From assembly GCA_963703315.1 (NCBI GenBank), contig OY969811.1, forward strand, positions 1,984,001-2,048,000: DNA of 64,000 nucleotides, written 5' to 3'. This document shows, piece after piece, positions 44,207 to 54,293 of the stretch. Each line of letters starts with the position of its first letter. Within the stretch, counting starts at the first letter, position 1. Below the pieces are notes generated by a model. The model was not told where the DNA came from, searched no databases, and saw nothing but the letters and a program-made list of their open reading frames with translations. Position numbers and translations under genes: made by a program. This DNA comes from an uncultured cyanobacterium (GTDB lineage: Bacteria; Cyanobacteriota; Cyanobacteriia; Pseudanabaenales; Pseudanabaenaceae).

Positions 44207-46363
44207 ATGCAGAATCTTGAACAACTCATTGCCCAAGAACTTTCCCTACGTCCTGAACAAGTTAAAAATGCCTTAGAGCTATTTGCTGAAGGAGCTACGG
44301 TTCCCTTTGTGGCTCGCTATCGCAAAGAGCGGACAGGAGAAATGAACGAGATTCAACTTAGGGATTTGCAAGATCGTTATACTTATTTGACGGAGTTACG
44401 CGATCGCCAAGCGGTCATTTTGCAAGCGATCGCTGAACAAGGCAAACTCACCGATGAACTGAAAGCCAAAATCGAAGCTTGTCTGCAAAAGACAGAATTA
44501 GAAGACCTCTATTTGCCCTATCGTCCTAAGCGCAGAACTAGAGCCGCGATCGCTAGGGAAAAAGGACTAGAGCCGCTTGCTGAAGCCATCAAAGGATTTA
44601 ATCGTCCCAATATTAATACCAATATTAATACAGCATCATTAACTCAGGAAGCTGCTAAATATTTATCGGAACCAGTCAAAACCGTTGAAGAAGCTCTCAA
44701 AGGTGCATCGGATATTCTCGCTGAAGAAGTTGCCGAAAATGCGGAATATCGTGCCTATATTCGGGACTATTTGATGCATTCGGGTTTGTTTGTCTCGCAC
44801 ATTAAAGCGGCTCACCCTGTTGGTACAACTAAGTTTGAGATGTATCGTGACTATCAAATTAAAGTCAAAGCGATCGCTCCTCACAATTTGCTTGCCCTGC
44901 TGCGAGGAGAAACGGAAGAAATTCTCACGCTTACTCTCGATTTTGATGAAGAATATGTACTAACTTATCTGGAGTCACAACAAATTCGGGCAAAAAACCC
45001 AGCGATTAGAGTTTTTTATCAAGATATGCTCAAGGATGCTTTTAATCGTTTGATGAAGACTTCGGCGATCGCTTCTGTCATTTCTGAGAAGAAAGCTTGG
45101 GCAGATGGTGAGTCGATCAAAACCTTTGAAGCGAACTTGCGCGACTTGTTACTAGCGGCTCCCGCAGGGATGAAACCAACCCTCGCGATCGACCCCGGAT
45201 TTCGGACAGGATGCAAAACAGCCGTAATCAGTGAGACGGGCAAGTTTCTCGAATATCAAACCATCTTTCCGCATCAAGCAGTCGCCCAAAGAGAACAGTC
45301 AGCGCGAACCTTGAGAAGTCTGATTGAGAAATATCAAATCCAATTAATTGCGATCGGCAATGGTACGGCGGGGCGGGAAACGGATGCTTTTGTAATGGAA
45401 GTAATCCAAGGACTCGCCAAACCACCGATCAAAGTCATGGTTAACGAATCGGGAGCATCAATTTATTCCGCTAGTTCTGTGGCGATCGCCGAATTTCCTG
45501 ATTTAGATTTGACTGTACGCGGCGCGATCAGCATCGGGCGACGACTCCAAGATCCCCTTGCGGAATTGGTCAAAATCGATCCTAAGTCCATCGGTGTGGG
45601 ACAGTATCAGCATGATGTCGATCAGAAATTGCTGAAAAAGAAGCTAGAAGAAACCGTTGAAAGTTGCGTGAATTTTGTCGGTGTAGACCTAAATACAGCC
45701 TCTAAAGAATTACTCACTTTTGTCTCAGGACTTAGCCCCACTGTGGCGAATAACATCATCACCTATCGTAATCAAAATGGAACTTTTCGCGATCGCCGCC
45801 ATCTGCTAAAAGTCCCAAAATTAGGCGCAAAAGCCTTTGAACAAGCGGCAGGTTTTTTGCGAATTCGCGGCGGTGACAATCCCTTAGACAATACGGCGGT
45901 ACATCCAGAAAGTTACAAGGTTGTAGAGGCGATCGCCCGTGACTTAAATGTGCCATTATCGGAAATCTCCCAAGCCTCTGACCAGCTAAAAACGGTCAAC
46001 TTGCAGAAATATGTGACCGAAGCGATCGGTGAACTCACTTTGCGGGATATCTTGCGAGAATTAGAAAAACCAGGACGTGACCCCCGCGCCGAATTTAAAT
46101 ACGCTAATTTTAGCGATGCCATTCAAAAAATCTCTGATTTACAAGTGGGCATGGAGGTAGAGGGTATAATTACGAATGTAGCTAATTTTGGCGCATTTGT
46201 TGATATTGGAGTACATCAAGATGGATTAATCCATATTTCACAATTAGCTAATCGCTTCGTTAGCGATCCTAAGCAAATCGTCAAAGTCGGACAGGTGGTA
46301 AAAGTACGAGTTTTAGAAGTGAATGAAGCTCTAAAACGAATTAGTTTATCAATGAGGCTATAG
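44207..46363 (+). CDS. tex: Tex family RNA-binding transcriptional accessory protein
   Basis: GATVPFVARYRKERTG, DPGFRTGCK, VNESGASIYSAS, KIDPKSIGVGQYQHDV and a C-terminal S1 domain. Confidence 0.95.
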   Translation: MQNLEQLIAQELSLRPEQVKNALELFAEGATVPFVARYRKERTGEMNEIQLRDLQDRYTYLTELRDRQAVILQAIAEQGKLTDELKAKIEACLQKTELEDLYLPYRPKRRTRAAIAREKGLEPLAEAIKGFNRPNINTNINTASLTQEAAKYLSEPVKTVEEALKGASDILAEEVAENAEYRAYIRDYLMHSGLFVSHIKAAHPVGTTKFEMYRDYQIKVKAIAPHNLLALLRGETEEILTLTLDFDEEYVLTYLESQQIRAKNPAIRVFYQDMLKDAFNRLMKTSAIASVISEKKAWADGESIKTFEANLRDLLLAAPAGMKPTLAIDPGFRTGCKTAVISETGKFLEYQTIFPHQAVAQREQSARTLRSLIEKYQIQLIAIGNGTAGRETDAFVMEVIQGLAKPPIKVMVNESGASIYSASSVAIAEFPDLDLTVRGAISIGRRLQDPLAELVKIDPKSIGVGQYQHDVDQKLLKKKLEETVESCVNFVGVDLNTASKELLTFVSGLSPTVANNIITYRNQNGTFRDRRHLLKVPKLGAKAFEQAAGFLRIRGGDNPLDNTAVHPESYKVVEAIARDLNVPLSEISQASDQLKTVNLQKYVTEAIGELTLRDILRELEKPGRDPRAEFKYANFSDAIQKISDLQVGMEVEGIITNVANFGAFVDIGVHQDGLIHISQLANRFVSDPKQIVKVGQVVKVRVLEVNEALKRISLSMRL

Positions 46364-46420
46364 GTTTGAGGAATTTGCTGGCTATGTAAGTTTCATTTAT
46401 TCTTGTTCTGGTTTAAGTTT

Positions 46421-49400
46421 ATGCAGAAACCTCAAATACCATCAAATGAAAGCGATCGCCAAGCGGCTCTTGATCGCTATAACGTTCTCGATACATTACC
46501 AGAGCAGGAATACGATGACTTGACTCAGCTAGCCGCCAGTATCTGTGGTACACCGATCGCTTTGATATCGTTAATTGATCGCGATCGGCAGTGGTTTAAG
46601 TCAAAGGTCGGCATTGACGCAGCAGAGACACCCCGCGATATTTCATTTTGTGGTCATGCAGTTGCCGAAGATGCATTGTTAAATGTCCCCGACGCGCTTC
46701 AAGATCCGCGTTTTGCTGACAATCCCTTAGTAGTTAACGATCCTAAGATTCGTTTCTATGCGGGTGTGCCTTTAATGACATCAGATAATTTTGCCTTAGG
46801 CACTTTATGTGTCATTGATAGCCAGCCACGGGACTTGACTCCTGCTCAGATTCAACAACTTGAATCCCTGAGTCGTCTGGTAATCAGCCAGTTAGAATTA
46901 CGGCGTAACAATAAAGCAGCGAATCTTCTTGTGTCCGTTCTTGAATCATCCAAGAAAGTATCGATACTGCAACAAGCAATCTTAGATAGCGTTAATTTGG
47001 GGATTATTGCTACTGACGTGCAAGGTATAATTCAATCCTTCAACTCAGGCGCAGAAGCAATGTTGGGGTATGAGGCATCGGAAGTCATTGGTCACAATCC
47101 TGCCATTTTCCATGATATTAATGAAATCGTTGAGAGTTCCATTCAATTATCAGCCGAATTAAACCAAACTATTGAAGCTGGTTTTGAGGTGTTTGTCGCT
47201 AAGGCAAAGTTAGGACAAGTATTTGAAAGAGAATGGACTTACATTTGTAAAAATGGCGATCGCATTCCTGTTTTGCTATCAGTTACAGCTATTCGTAATG
47301 AGCATAAAGAGATTACAGGATTTCTAGGAGTCGCCAAAGATATTACTTCGCAAAAGGAGGCTGAACGCGATCGCCTACGCCGTCGCCAGACCGACAAATT
47401 AGTAACTGCCCAAAATCAAATCGCACTAGTTCTTGCGGAATCATCGAGCTTTAGTAGTGCAGCCATTAGGATTTTACGCACACTATGTGAACAGTTGTCT
47501 TGGGATATTGCCGAACTATGGCTGACCAGTAGTTATCCTCGCAACTTAACGCTCATGACCAGTTATGCTAAACCCATAATTGATGCAGTAGAGCTAATTC
47601 AGACTCATCAAATCATGTCCATTGAATATGGTTCTGGTTTGATTGGCTCCGTGTGGTCAGAGGGAAGCGCTAAATATGTGGAGATTGACCAATATCCTAA
47701 TTTTTATAAATCGGAAGTTGTCAAAAAAGTAGGAATCAACTATGCGTTAAGTTTCCCTGTATATGGGGAAAACGAGGCGATTTTGGCAGTGATTACGATG
47801 TTTAGTCGTCAGTACCATAACTCTAGTCCTGAACTACTCAGTGTGGTGTCAGCGATCGGTCGGCAGATCGGACAGTTCATGGAAAAGCGCAAAATCGAAA
47901 GAGATCTGCACAAACAAAATTGGCGATCGCTTTTGCTTTCTGACATCGCCCTGCGGATTCGCCAGTCTCTCAATCTCACCGAAATCCTCAATACATCCGT
48001 GAATGAAATTCGCAAATTTATTAGAGCCGATCGCGTTCTCATTTACCGATTTCATCCCGACTGGACTGGAGCGGTAGAAGTAGAATCGATTAATTCTAAA
48101 TGGCGTTCCACTCTAAATACGGACATTCAAGATAATTGTTTTCAATCAGAATATTGGCAAGTCTATCAAAAAGGACGAAAACTAACAATCGATAATGTTG
48201 CTGAGTCTAATCTTAGTGAATGTCATAAAAAACTTTTGACGAGTTTCCAAGTCCAAGCAAATCTCGTTGTTCCCATCCTCGAAAATGAGCAGCTATGGGG
48301 ATTATTAATCGCTCACCAATGTTCAGCGCCCAGACATTGGGAATCCTTTGAAGTTAATCTGTTGAGTCAACTTGCTGACCAAATTGGCATCGCGATCGCC
48401 CAGTCACGATTGCTTGCCCAAGAAAAAGAACAACTCAAACTTTTACAAGAACAAAATGTAGCTTTAGAGATTGCTCGTGCGGAGGCAGAACAAGCAGCGA
48501 TCGCTAAGAGTTCTTTCCTAGCAATGATGAGCCATGAAATTCGCACGCCGATGAATGCCGTGATTGGGATGACAGGATTGTTATTAGACACAACTTTAAA
48601 TGATCAACAAAAGGACTTTGCTCAAACTATCCGCAGTAGTGGCGACCATTTGCTAAATCTCATTAACGAAATTCTCGATTTCTCCAAATTAGAAGCAGGG
48701 GAAATGTTGTTGGAGAATCTAGAATTTGATTTAGAAGTGAGCATCGAAGAAGTCGCCGAAATTTTAGCTGCAACTGCCCAAACCAAAGGGCTAGAGCTAA
48801 TTACATTTATTCATGATGATGTTCCTAAGGGTCTACAGGGAGATATCGGTCGCCTGCGTCAGGTTCTCTTAAATTTAGTCAATAACGCGATCAAATTTAC
48901 AGCGACAGGGGAAGTAACTATCGAAGTTAGTCTAGTCTCAGAAGATGCGATCGCCGCAGTGCTACGTTTTTCTGTAATCGATACAGGTATAGGTGTTCCC
49001 GAAGCAGCGCAGTCAAAATTATTTCAGCCTTTCACCCAAGTTGACGCTTCGACTACACGTAAATATGGGGGGACAGGTTTGGGACTAGCGATCTGTAAGC
49101 AAATTGTGGAGTTAATGGGTGGCAAAATCTATTTAGAAAGCAAAGAAAATCATGGATCAACCTTTTGGTTTGAACTTCCCTTTGAAAAACAATCTCATTC
49201 TCCCACTCATAACATTGGTGTTGATACGTTACGAGGAGTTAGGGTTCTAGTTGTAGATGATAGTACGACTAACTGTCGGATTCTCGAGCATCAACTCGGT
49301 GCTTGGGAAATGCGAGTTGATACCGTTGAACATTCTCTTGATGCAATGTCTTACCTCTATCGAGCCATTGAAATGGGAGATCCCTATCAACTGGCAGTGC

Positions 49401-50566
49401 TAGATATGCAAATGCCCGATCTTGACGGCGAGAGCTTGGGCAAACAAATTAAAGAATCCCCAATCCTCCAGAATACGCATCTAATTATGTTGACTTCGCT
49501 CGACCAAAACGGTGCAGCGCAACGGATGCTGGAAATTGGTTTTACCTACTACCTGCGAAAACCAGTAAGGAAAATGCGTCTGTTAAGCTGTATCATTGAC
49601 GCGCTCACAGGCATTCGTCAAAATCTATTTGGGAATAAGAAAAAGCAAGATGCGTCAGTAGATTTACCTTCTCTTGTACCATCGAAGCTAAAAATCTTGT
49701 TGGCAGAAGATAGTCCCATCAATCAAAAAGTAGCACTCAATCAACTAGCCAATTTGGGCTATCATGGCGATGTAGCAGGGAATGGTAAAGAAGTTCTAGA
49801 AATGCTTGTCCAGATTCCCTATGACATTATTTTGATGGATTGCCAGATGCCAATCTTAGATGGCTATGAAACTAGTCGCCGTATTCGGTCTTTGGAGACA
49901 GAAACTAAAAAAGCTGGTTCTGCACAGGTGATTATCATTGCGCTCACTGCCAATGCGATGAAAGAAGACCGCGATCGCTGTTTGGCTTCAGGGATGGATG
50001 ACTATCTCAGTAAACCAATTCGGAAAGAAGATTTAGGAAATAAACTTGCCTATTGGTATGAAATTCTAGCCGCGCGAGAACAGCAACAACAGCAGGAGCA
50101 TAAATTACAATCTGATGCGACTATCAGCGATTCCTTGTCTTCTGAAGTAATCGCTGGAGTTTCAATAGATGATTCTGGAAAATCCAATCAAAAATCTGGA
50201 GATGAATCTGAGTATCAAGATATTAGCGAACTGGAAATTGACTGGCAATATTTAGAAGAAATGTCGAGCGGTAATGCTGAATTTAAGCAAGAACTATTAG
50301 GAGCATTTTTAGAATCATTGCCTGAACATATAGAAACTCTCAAAATTGCCGTTTCTCAACAGATGTACATTGACGTAGAACGTGAGGCACATTTTATTAA
50401 GGGATCGAGCGCAACGATTGGGATTGTCGGAATTGCCAAAATTGCTGATCTGTTAGAGAGTCAGGTCAGAAACAAACAATTACCCGCAAATGCTTCAGTT
50501 CTGATTCAGAAAATAAGTAATGGTGTAGAGCATATTCAAGGCTTGATTCAAGCTATAGGATCATAA
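46421..50566 (+). CDS. Hybrid sensor histidine kinase: GAF-PAS-GAF-CBCR GAF(DXCF)-HisKA-HATPase-REC-REC-Hpt
   Basis: [22 protein letters not shown] and GGTGLGL motifs; two REC domains (LDMQMP, MDCQMP); Hpt [11 protein letters not shown] containing DNCF and ECH. Confidence 0.92.
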   Translation: MQKPQIPSNESDRQAALDRYNVLDTLPEQEYDDLTQLAASICGTPIALISLIDRDRQWFKSKVGIDAAETPRDISFCGHAVAEDALLNVPDALQDPRFADNPLVVNDPKIRFYAGVPLMTSDNFALGTLCVIDSQPRDLTPAQIQQLESLSRLVISQLELRRNNKAANLLVSVLESSKKVSILQQAILDSVNLGIIATDVQGIIQSFNSGAEAMLGYEASEVIGHNPAIFHDINEIVESSIQLSAELNQTIEAGFEVFVAKAKLGQVFEREWTYICKNGDRIPVLLSVTAIRNEHKEITGFLGVAKDITSQKEAERDRLRRRQTDKLVTAQNQIALVLAESSSFSSAAIRILRTLCEQLSWDIAELWLTSSYPRNLTLMTSYAKPIIDAVELIQTHQIMSIEYGSGLIGSVWSEGSAKYVEIDQYPNFYKSEVVKKVGINYALSFPVYGENEAILAVITMFSRQYHNSSPELLSVVSAIGRQIGQFMEKRKIERDLHKQNWRSLLLSDIALRIRQSLNLTEILNTSVNEIRKFIRADRVLIYRFHPDWTGAVEVESINSKWRSTLNTDIQDNCFQSEYWQVYQKGRKLTIDNVAESNLSECHKKLLTSFQVQANLVVPILENEQLWGLLIAHQCSAPRHWESFEVNLLSQLADQIGIAIAQSRLLAQEKEQLKLLQEQNVALEIARAEAEQAAIAKSSFLAMMSHEIRTPMNAVIGMTGLLLDTTLNDQQKDFAQTIRSSGDHLLNLINEILDFSKLEAGEMLLENLEFDLEVSIEEVAEILAATAQTKGLELITFIHDDVPKGLQGDIGRLRQVLLNLVNNAIKFTATGEVTIEVSLVSEDAIAAVLRFSVIDTGIGVPEAAQSKLFQPFTQVDASTTRKYGGTGLGLAICKQIVELMGGKIYLESKENHGSTFWFELPFEKQSHSPTHNIGVDTLRGVRVLVVDDSTTNCRILEHQLGAWEMRVDTVEHSLDAMSYLYRAIEMGDPYQLAVLDMQMPDLDGESLGKQIKESPILQNTHLIMLTSLDQNGAAQRMLEIGFTYYLRKPVRKMRLLSCIIDALTGIRQNLFGNKKKQDASVDLPSLVPSKLKILLAEDSPINQKVALNQLANLGYHGDVAGNGKEVLEMLVQIPYDIILMDCQMPILDGYETSRRIRSLETETKKAGSAQVIIIALTANAMKEDRDRCLASGMDDYLSKPIRKEDLGNKLAYWYEILAAREQQQQQEHKLQSDATISDSLSSEVIAGVSIDDSGKSNQKSGDESEYQDISELEIDWQYLEEMSSGNAEFKQELLGAFLESLPEHIETLKIAVSQQMYIDVEREAHFIKGSSATIGIVGIAKIADLLESQVRNKQLPANASVLIQKISNGVEHIQGLIQAIGS

Positions 50567-50967
50567 TGCTTGATGATTAACATACAATTGCGATCGCCTA
50601 TACGTTCATAACTAAATACATCAACAATTTGATGGATCAAGTCTAAACCTCGTCCCCCCAATGCATTAATATCGATATCATCAAGACTAGAGAGTTTACT
50701 GGATAAATCAAATCCAGATCCAAAATCAAAGACTTTCACTTCTAGAGTATTTTCAGTTAATGTTGCCTCAAGATTAATGACAGTTTCCTGCGGCATATCT
50801 TTATGGGCATGGCGAACCGCGTTTGTAAAAACTTCAGCCAAAGCAGTTTTGCAACCCAACCAATCACTCTTAGACATTGTATCGTGGTGAATCTGCTCAA
50901 ACCAATCTAATACTGTGGTGAGTTCATTCAGATCAGTATTAACTTGTATCGCGATCGCTTGAACCAC
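50548..50967 (-). CDS. RsbW-like anti-sigma factor / ATP-binding protein
   Basis: [20 protein letters not shown] and GGRGL motifs. Confidence 0.85.
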   Translation of the reverse strand: MVQAIAIQVNTDLNELTTVLDWFEQIHHDTMSKSDWLGCKTALAEVFTNAVRHAHKDMPQETVINLEATLTENTLEVKVFDFGSGFDLSSKLSSLDDIDINALGGRGLDLIHQIVDVFSYERIGDRNCMLIIKHYDPIA

Positions 50968-51040
50968 AGGAAACCTGCCAAAATATATACTAGTTGATGC
51001 AAATTATATAACTCTTCACGATCTTAATTTCTTGAAAACT

Positions 51041-51142
51041 AAGTAGCTGGGCGCAATTAAATATAAAACCCTAAAAACTGTGGCGCACGCGCAGCGTGCG
51101 CTACAGTTTTTTGCGCTGGTTTTTAATTATGTCCAGCTACTT
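51041..51142. mobile_element. Complete AAGTAGCT-family MITE
   Basis: T|AAGTAGCTGGGCGCAATTAAA...GCGCACG-CGCAG-CGTGCGC...TTTAATTATGTCCAGCTACTT|A. Confidence 0.8.
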
Positions 51143-51269
51143 ATAGCAATAATTGAGTGAATTAGGAAAAGATTGACGAAGCGCTGCTATCAATCTTTTG
51201 GGTTAAGAAAAAGCTTTTACCTAAAGTATTTTTACAAGCGATACCGCATTCCTAATATGCTTTTGGGAA

Positions 51270-52181
51270 CTAAGGATTGCAATAGGAGCAGTACATAGGA
51301 TCGGCTTGCATTCCATTTGGGAATAGTTGCTCCTGCCGAAACTTACAGCGATCGCAACCATATACATGAATGCGACTAAATTGGGTAGGAAGCCCACACA
51401 GGTTACAAGGCAAACCTTTAATTTTTTCTATTACGTCGAAATTGACAAAATTACAATTTGGGCAGAGTTGTTGCAATTTACGAACTAAATCTTCGGTAGC
51501 TTTAACAATATTTTTCATGCGCGTGGGATTGTAGAGCGCTCGCATATCTGTCTCGATCTGGATTTGAGGCGATCGCTGCAACATTTCATAGACAGATTCT
51601 TTGAGCAAACTTTCTGAAGTGATACCTTTATAAATGGTCTCCTTTGCTGAGATTTGAGCGTCTTGCCTCAGCACGATCGCATGATCAGGAAAGCCCACTT
51701 TCAGTGCAAATTCATAGGCTTGCTCATAGCTAGAAATGATCTGATGGCGAAAGTTCGTATCAGGAGAAAGAGATTCTCCGTAAACAGTGAAATTATGTTT
51801 TTGATCTAGTAATAATACAATTTCGCGATTGAAAGGAATACCTAACATCGGATGTGGGAAAAAGCTACCTTCACTAGCGATCGCTAAATCAGCATCGGCT
51901 AGACTCAAAGCATTCTCTGCCTTGAGCCTAGCCGTATCAATCTGATTAGCAGGGCGCTCAATGTCGCGGGTAAATGTGCCAAAGCGATCGCTATCAAAAT
52001 CTTGAGGTACGGTAACTCTCATGCCCAATGATGTTTGTAAGACTGGCGCGATCGCTAATTCCTTGCGATGCATGGTCGCGATTACCACTAGGCGATCGCT
52101 AAACTCGACAAGGTTATCTTGCCCTCTCATTTCATTAATAGAAGATTTCTGAAAGGCGACTTTTTGATCTTTAATAGACAT
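51270..52181 (-). CDS. DUF6671-like protein with a Cys-rich C-terminus
   Basis: ATMHRKE, D.FGTFT, ASEGSF.PHP and ETDMRA..NPTRM motifs; four CxxC; the start may be ATG 52130. Confidence 0.75.
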   Translation of the reverse strand: MSIKDQKVAFQKSSINEMRGQDNLVEFSDRLVVIATMHRKELAIAPVLQTSLGMRVTVPQDFDSDRFGTFTRDIERPANQIDTARLKAENALSLADADLAIASEGSFFPHPMLGIPFNREIVLLLDQKHNFTVYGESLSPDTNFRHQIISSYEQAYEFALKVGFPDHAIVLRQDAQISAKETIYKGITSESLLKESVYEMLQRSPQIQIETDMRALYNPTRMKNIVKATEDLVRKLQQLCPNCNFVNFDVIEKIKGLPCNLCGLPTQFSRIHVYGCDRCKFRQEQLFPNGMQADPMYCSYCNP

Positions 52182-53049
52182 TTAGATTATAAATACGCTG
52201 TTTGCCAGATGGTGATTCAACAACTACCTGAATTTCACTTCTGTAGATTGAATTAGTTATTAGTTCTAATCTAAATTGACCATTGCGATCAACATTTTGT
52301 TCGACTCCATCAACTGATACTGTATTTGCAAAATCAACTTTGCCTACCAAAACCACTTGACGACCATTGTATTCAAAGAGTTTTAAAAATTCGTAATCTA
52401 ATTCACCATTATCTTTAATTGGGACAGGTTGTGAAGGCGGTTCACCTAAAATTGTCTGATTTTGGAATCCTTTTTCAACCAATACTCCAACATTTTGTGC
52501 TTCTGTCTGTACTGCTCCATCAAATGTAGCAACTACGGATCGACTATCATTTTTGACAGAGACAATGTAATCTGTACCACGAACCCCTGCAACAACGCCT
52601 GGAGTTACAACATTAAAAATTGAACTAGGATTGCTAAACTTTCTAACTTGTAAGCGTACTTTCCCTTTCGGTATCAGTAAACTGGTAACTCTTCCATTAC
52701 TGCTAGTAACTTGTAAAGAATTAATACGGACAACTGTGTTCTCCGAAACACTTACAGAGCCAATACCTGTATCGATGTTGAGCAAGGCTGTCGATCCTTT
52801 ACCTGTAACGATCTCATCACCAACATTTGATATGATATCCCCTCTTTTAGCAGATCTATTTGCATTTTGAGAATTAATAGATACGTTGCCAGTCACTCGT
52901 TCGACTTGCAAGTAGCGGCTTTTTGTTATTTGTAGTTGTGATTGAGCATTGCTCAATTCAGCTTTTCCAAATATTAACAATAGACTCCCCAGACTAGCAC
53001 GCCAAAACAAACGAAAAAGATATTTCCCAGAAAAAAATTGATACATCAT
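52171..53049 (-). CDS. Exported FecR-domain protein
   Basis: GDEIVTG..S.A.L...G...VSENT and VVTPGVVAGVRGTDY motifs. Confidence 0.8.
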   Translation of the reverse strand: MMYQFFSGKYLFRLFWRASLGSLLLIFGKAELSNAQSQLQITKSRYLQVERVTGNVSINSQNANRSAKRGDIISNVGDEIVTGKGSTALLNIDTGIGSVSVSENTVVRINSLQVTSSNGRVTSLLIPKGKVRLQVRKFSNPSSIFNVVTPGVVAGVRGTDYIVSVKNDSRSVVATFDGAVQTEAQNVGVLVEKGFQNQTILGEPPSQPVPIKDNGELDYEFLKLFEYNGRQVVLVGKVDFANTVSVDGVEQNVDRNGQFRLELITNSIYRSEIQVVVESPSGKQRIYNLNVY

Positions 53050-53254
53050 ACTAGTTATTATTTAGGCTCAAACCCCGATCTTAATACATCTAGACCTACC
53101 CATGTCGATCTACCACCCAGTAAAACTGTAGTATATCTTGAGAATACCGTTAATCTGTGCTTTTGTCTTTAAGTCATTCTGCTTGTTAATCCAATTTTGA
53201 TTAAGATTGTCGATAGCTTAGATAATTATCGTAATTTCAATAGGGTAATTTTCA

Positions 53255-53313
53255 AACTCAAATAGAAGCTCCTAACTCTTTCACTGAAAGAATTAGGAGC
53301 TTCTATTTGAGTT
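53255..53313. terminator. Long hairpin downstream of cmpD
   Basis: AACTCAAATAGAAGCTCCTAA.TCTTTC-ACT-GAAAGA.TTAGGAGCTTCTATTTGAGTT. Confidence 0.65.
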
Positions 53314-53327
53314 AGGAGAAGAAATTC

Positions 53328-54164
53328 CTATTCATCATGAGCAAAGCGATTATATAGGAAGTCTAAAGCCGTATTTCTCAGATCATAGTATAGAGGATCT
53401 TCCATAATTTGAGCGCGATCGCGGGGACGAGCAAAGGGAATCGTTAAAACTTCACCGATACTTGCGGCGGGACCATTGGTCATCATCACAAGGCGATCGG
53501 CTAGGAATAAAGCTTCATCAATATCGTGGGTGATCATCAATACTGTGCAGCGATGTTCTGTCCAGATTTGCAAGAGTTCTTCTTGCAGTTCTTCTTTGGT
53601 GATTGCATCCAAAGCGCCAAAGGGTTCATCAAGGATGAGAACTTCGGGACGGATCGATAAGGCTCTAGCGATCGATACACGCTGTTTCATGCCTCCTGAA
53701 ATTTGGGTTGGCTTTTTCTCAGCCGATTCACTCAAACCCACCATTGCTAAATGATGGCGGACGATATCATTTTTCTCGCTTTTCGACATATTGGGATTAA
53801 CCGAGTCTACCGCCAGCATGACATTTTCGTATACTGTGAGCCAAGGCAAGAGGGCATAACCTTGGAAAACAACCATGCGATCGGGACCTGGTTTGGTAAT
53901 CAGTTTGCCATTAACTAAGACTTCGCCGATCGATGGTTTTGAGAAGCCGCCAACCATGTTTAAGAGTGTTGATTTACCACAGCCAGAGTGACCGATTAGG
54001 CAAATAAATTCACCTTCTTGGACATGAAGATTTACATCTTCTAGAACTACATATTGACCGTTATTAGGTGTGGGATAAATTTTGGAAACATTTTCAATGC
54101 GAAGGAAGGATTCTTGAGGCGGAATAGTGGCAGATGTTGTGGGATTAATGGTAGTTTGGGTCAT
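53328..54164 (-). CDS. cmpD: Bicarbonate ABC transporter ATP-binding subunit
   Basis: GHSGCGKST, ISGGMKQR and LDEPFGALD motifs; last gene of the operon headed by CmpA. Confidence 0.88.
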   Translation of the reverse strand: MTQTTINPTTSATIPPQESFLRIENVSKIYPTPNNGQYVVLEDVNLHVQEGEFICLIGHSGCGKSTLLNMVGGFSKPSIGEVLVNGKLITKPGPDRMVVFQGYALLPWLTVYENVMLAVDSVNPNMSKSEKNDIVRHHLAMVGLSESAEKKPTQISGGMKQRVSIARALSIRPEVLILDEPFGALDAITKEELQEELLQIWTEHRCTVLMITHDIDEALFLADRLVMMTNGPAASIGEVLTIPFARPRDRAQIMEDPLYYDLRNTALDFLYNRFAHDE

Positions 54165-54204
54165 TTTCTTTTTAACTTTTTAATTTTGTTCTTAAAGTTT
54201 GAGA

Positions 54205-54289
54205 TCTAGATCCCCCTCAATCCCCCTTAAAAAGGGGGAAGAATAAAAGATTAATTCTCACCCCTTTTTAAGGGGGGCTGGGGGGGATC
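54205..54289. repeat. C-rich/G-rich dispersed repeat between cmpC and cmpD
   Basis: Same family as 24924..24993. Confidence 0.8.
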
Positions 54290-54293
54290 GAAT

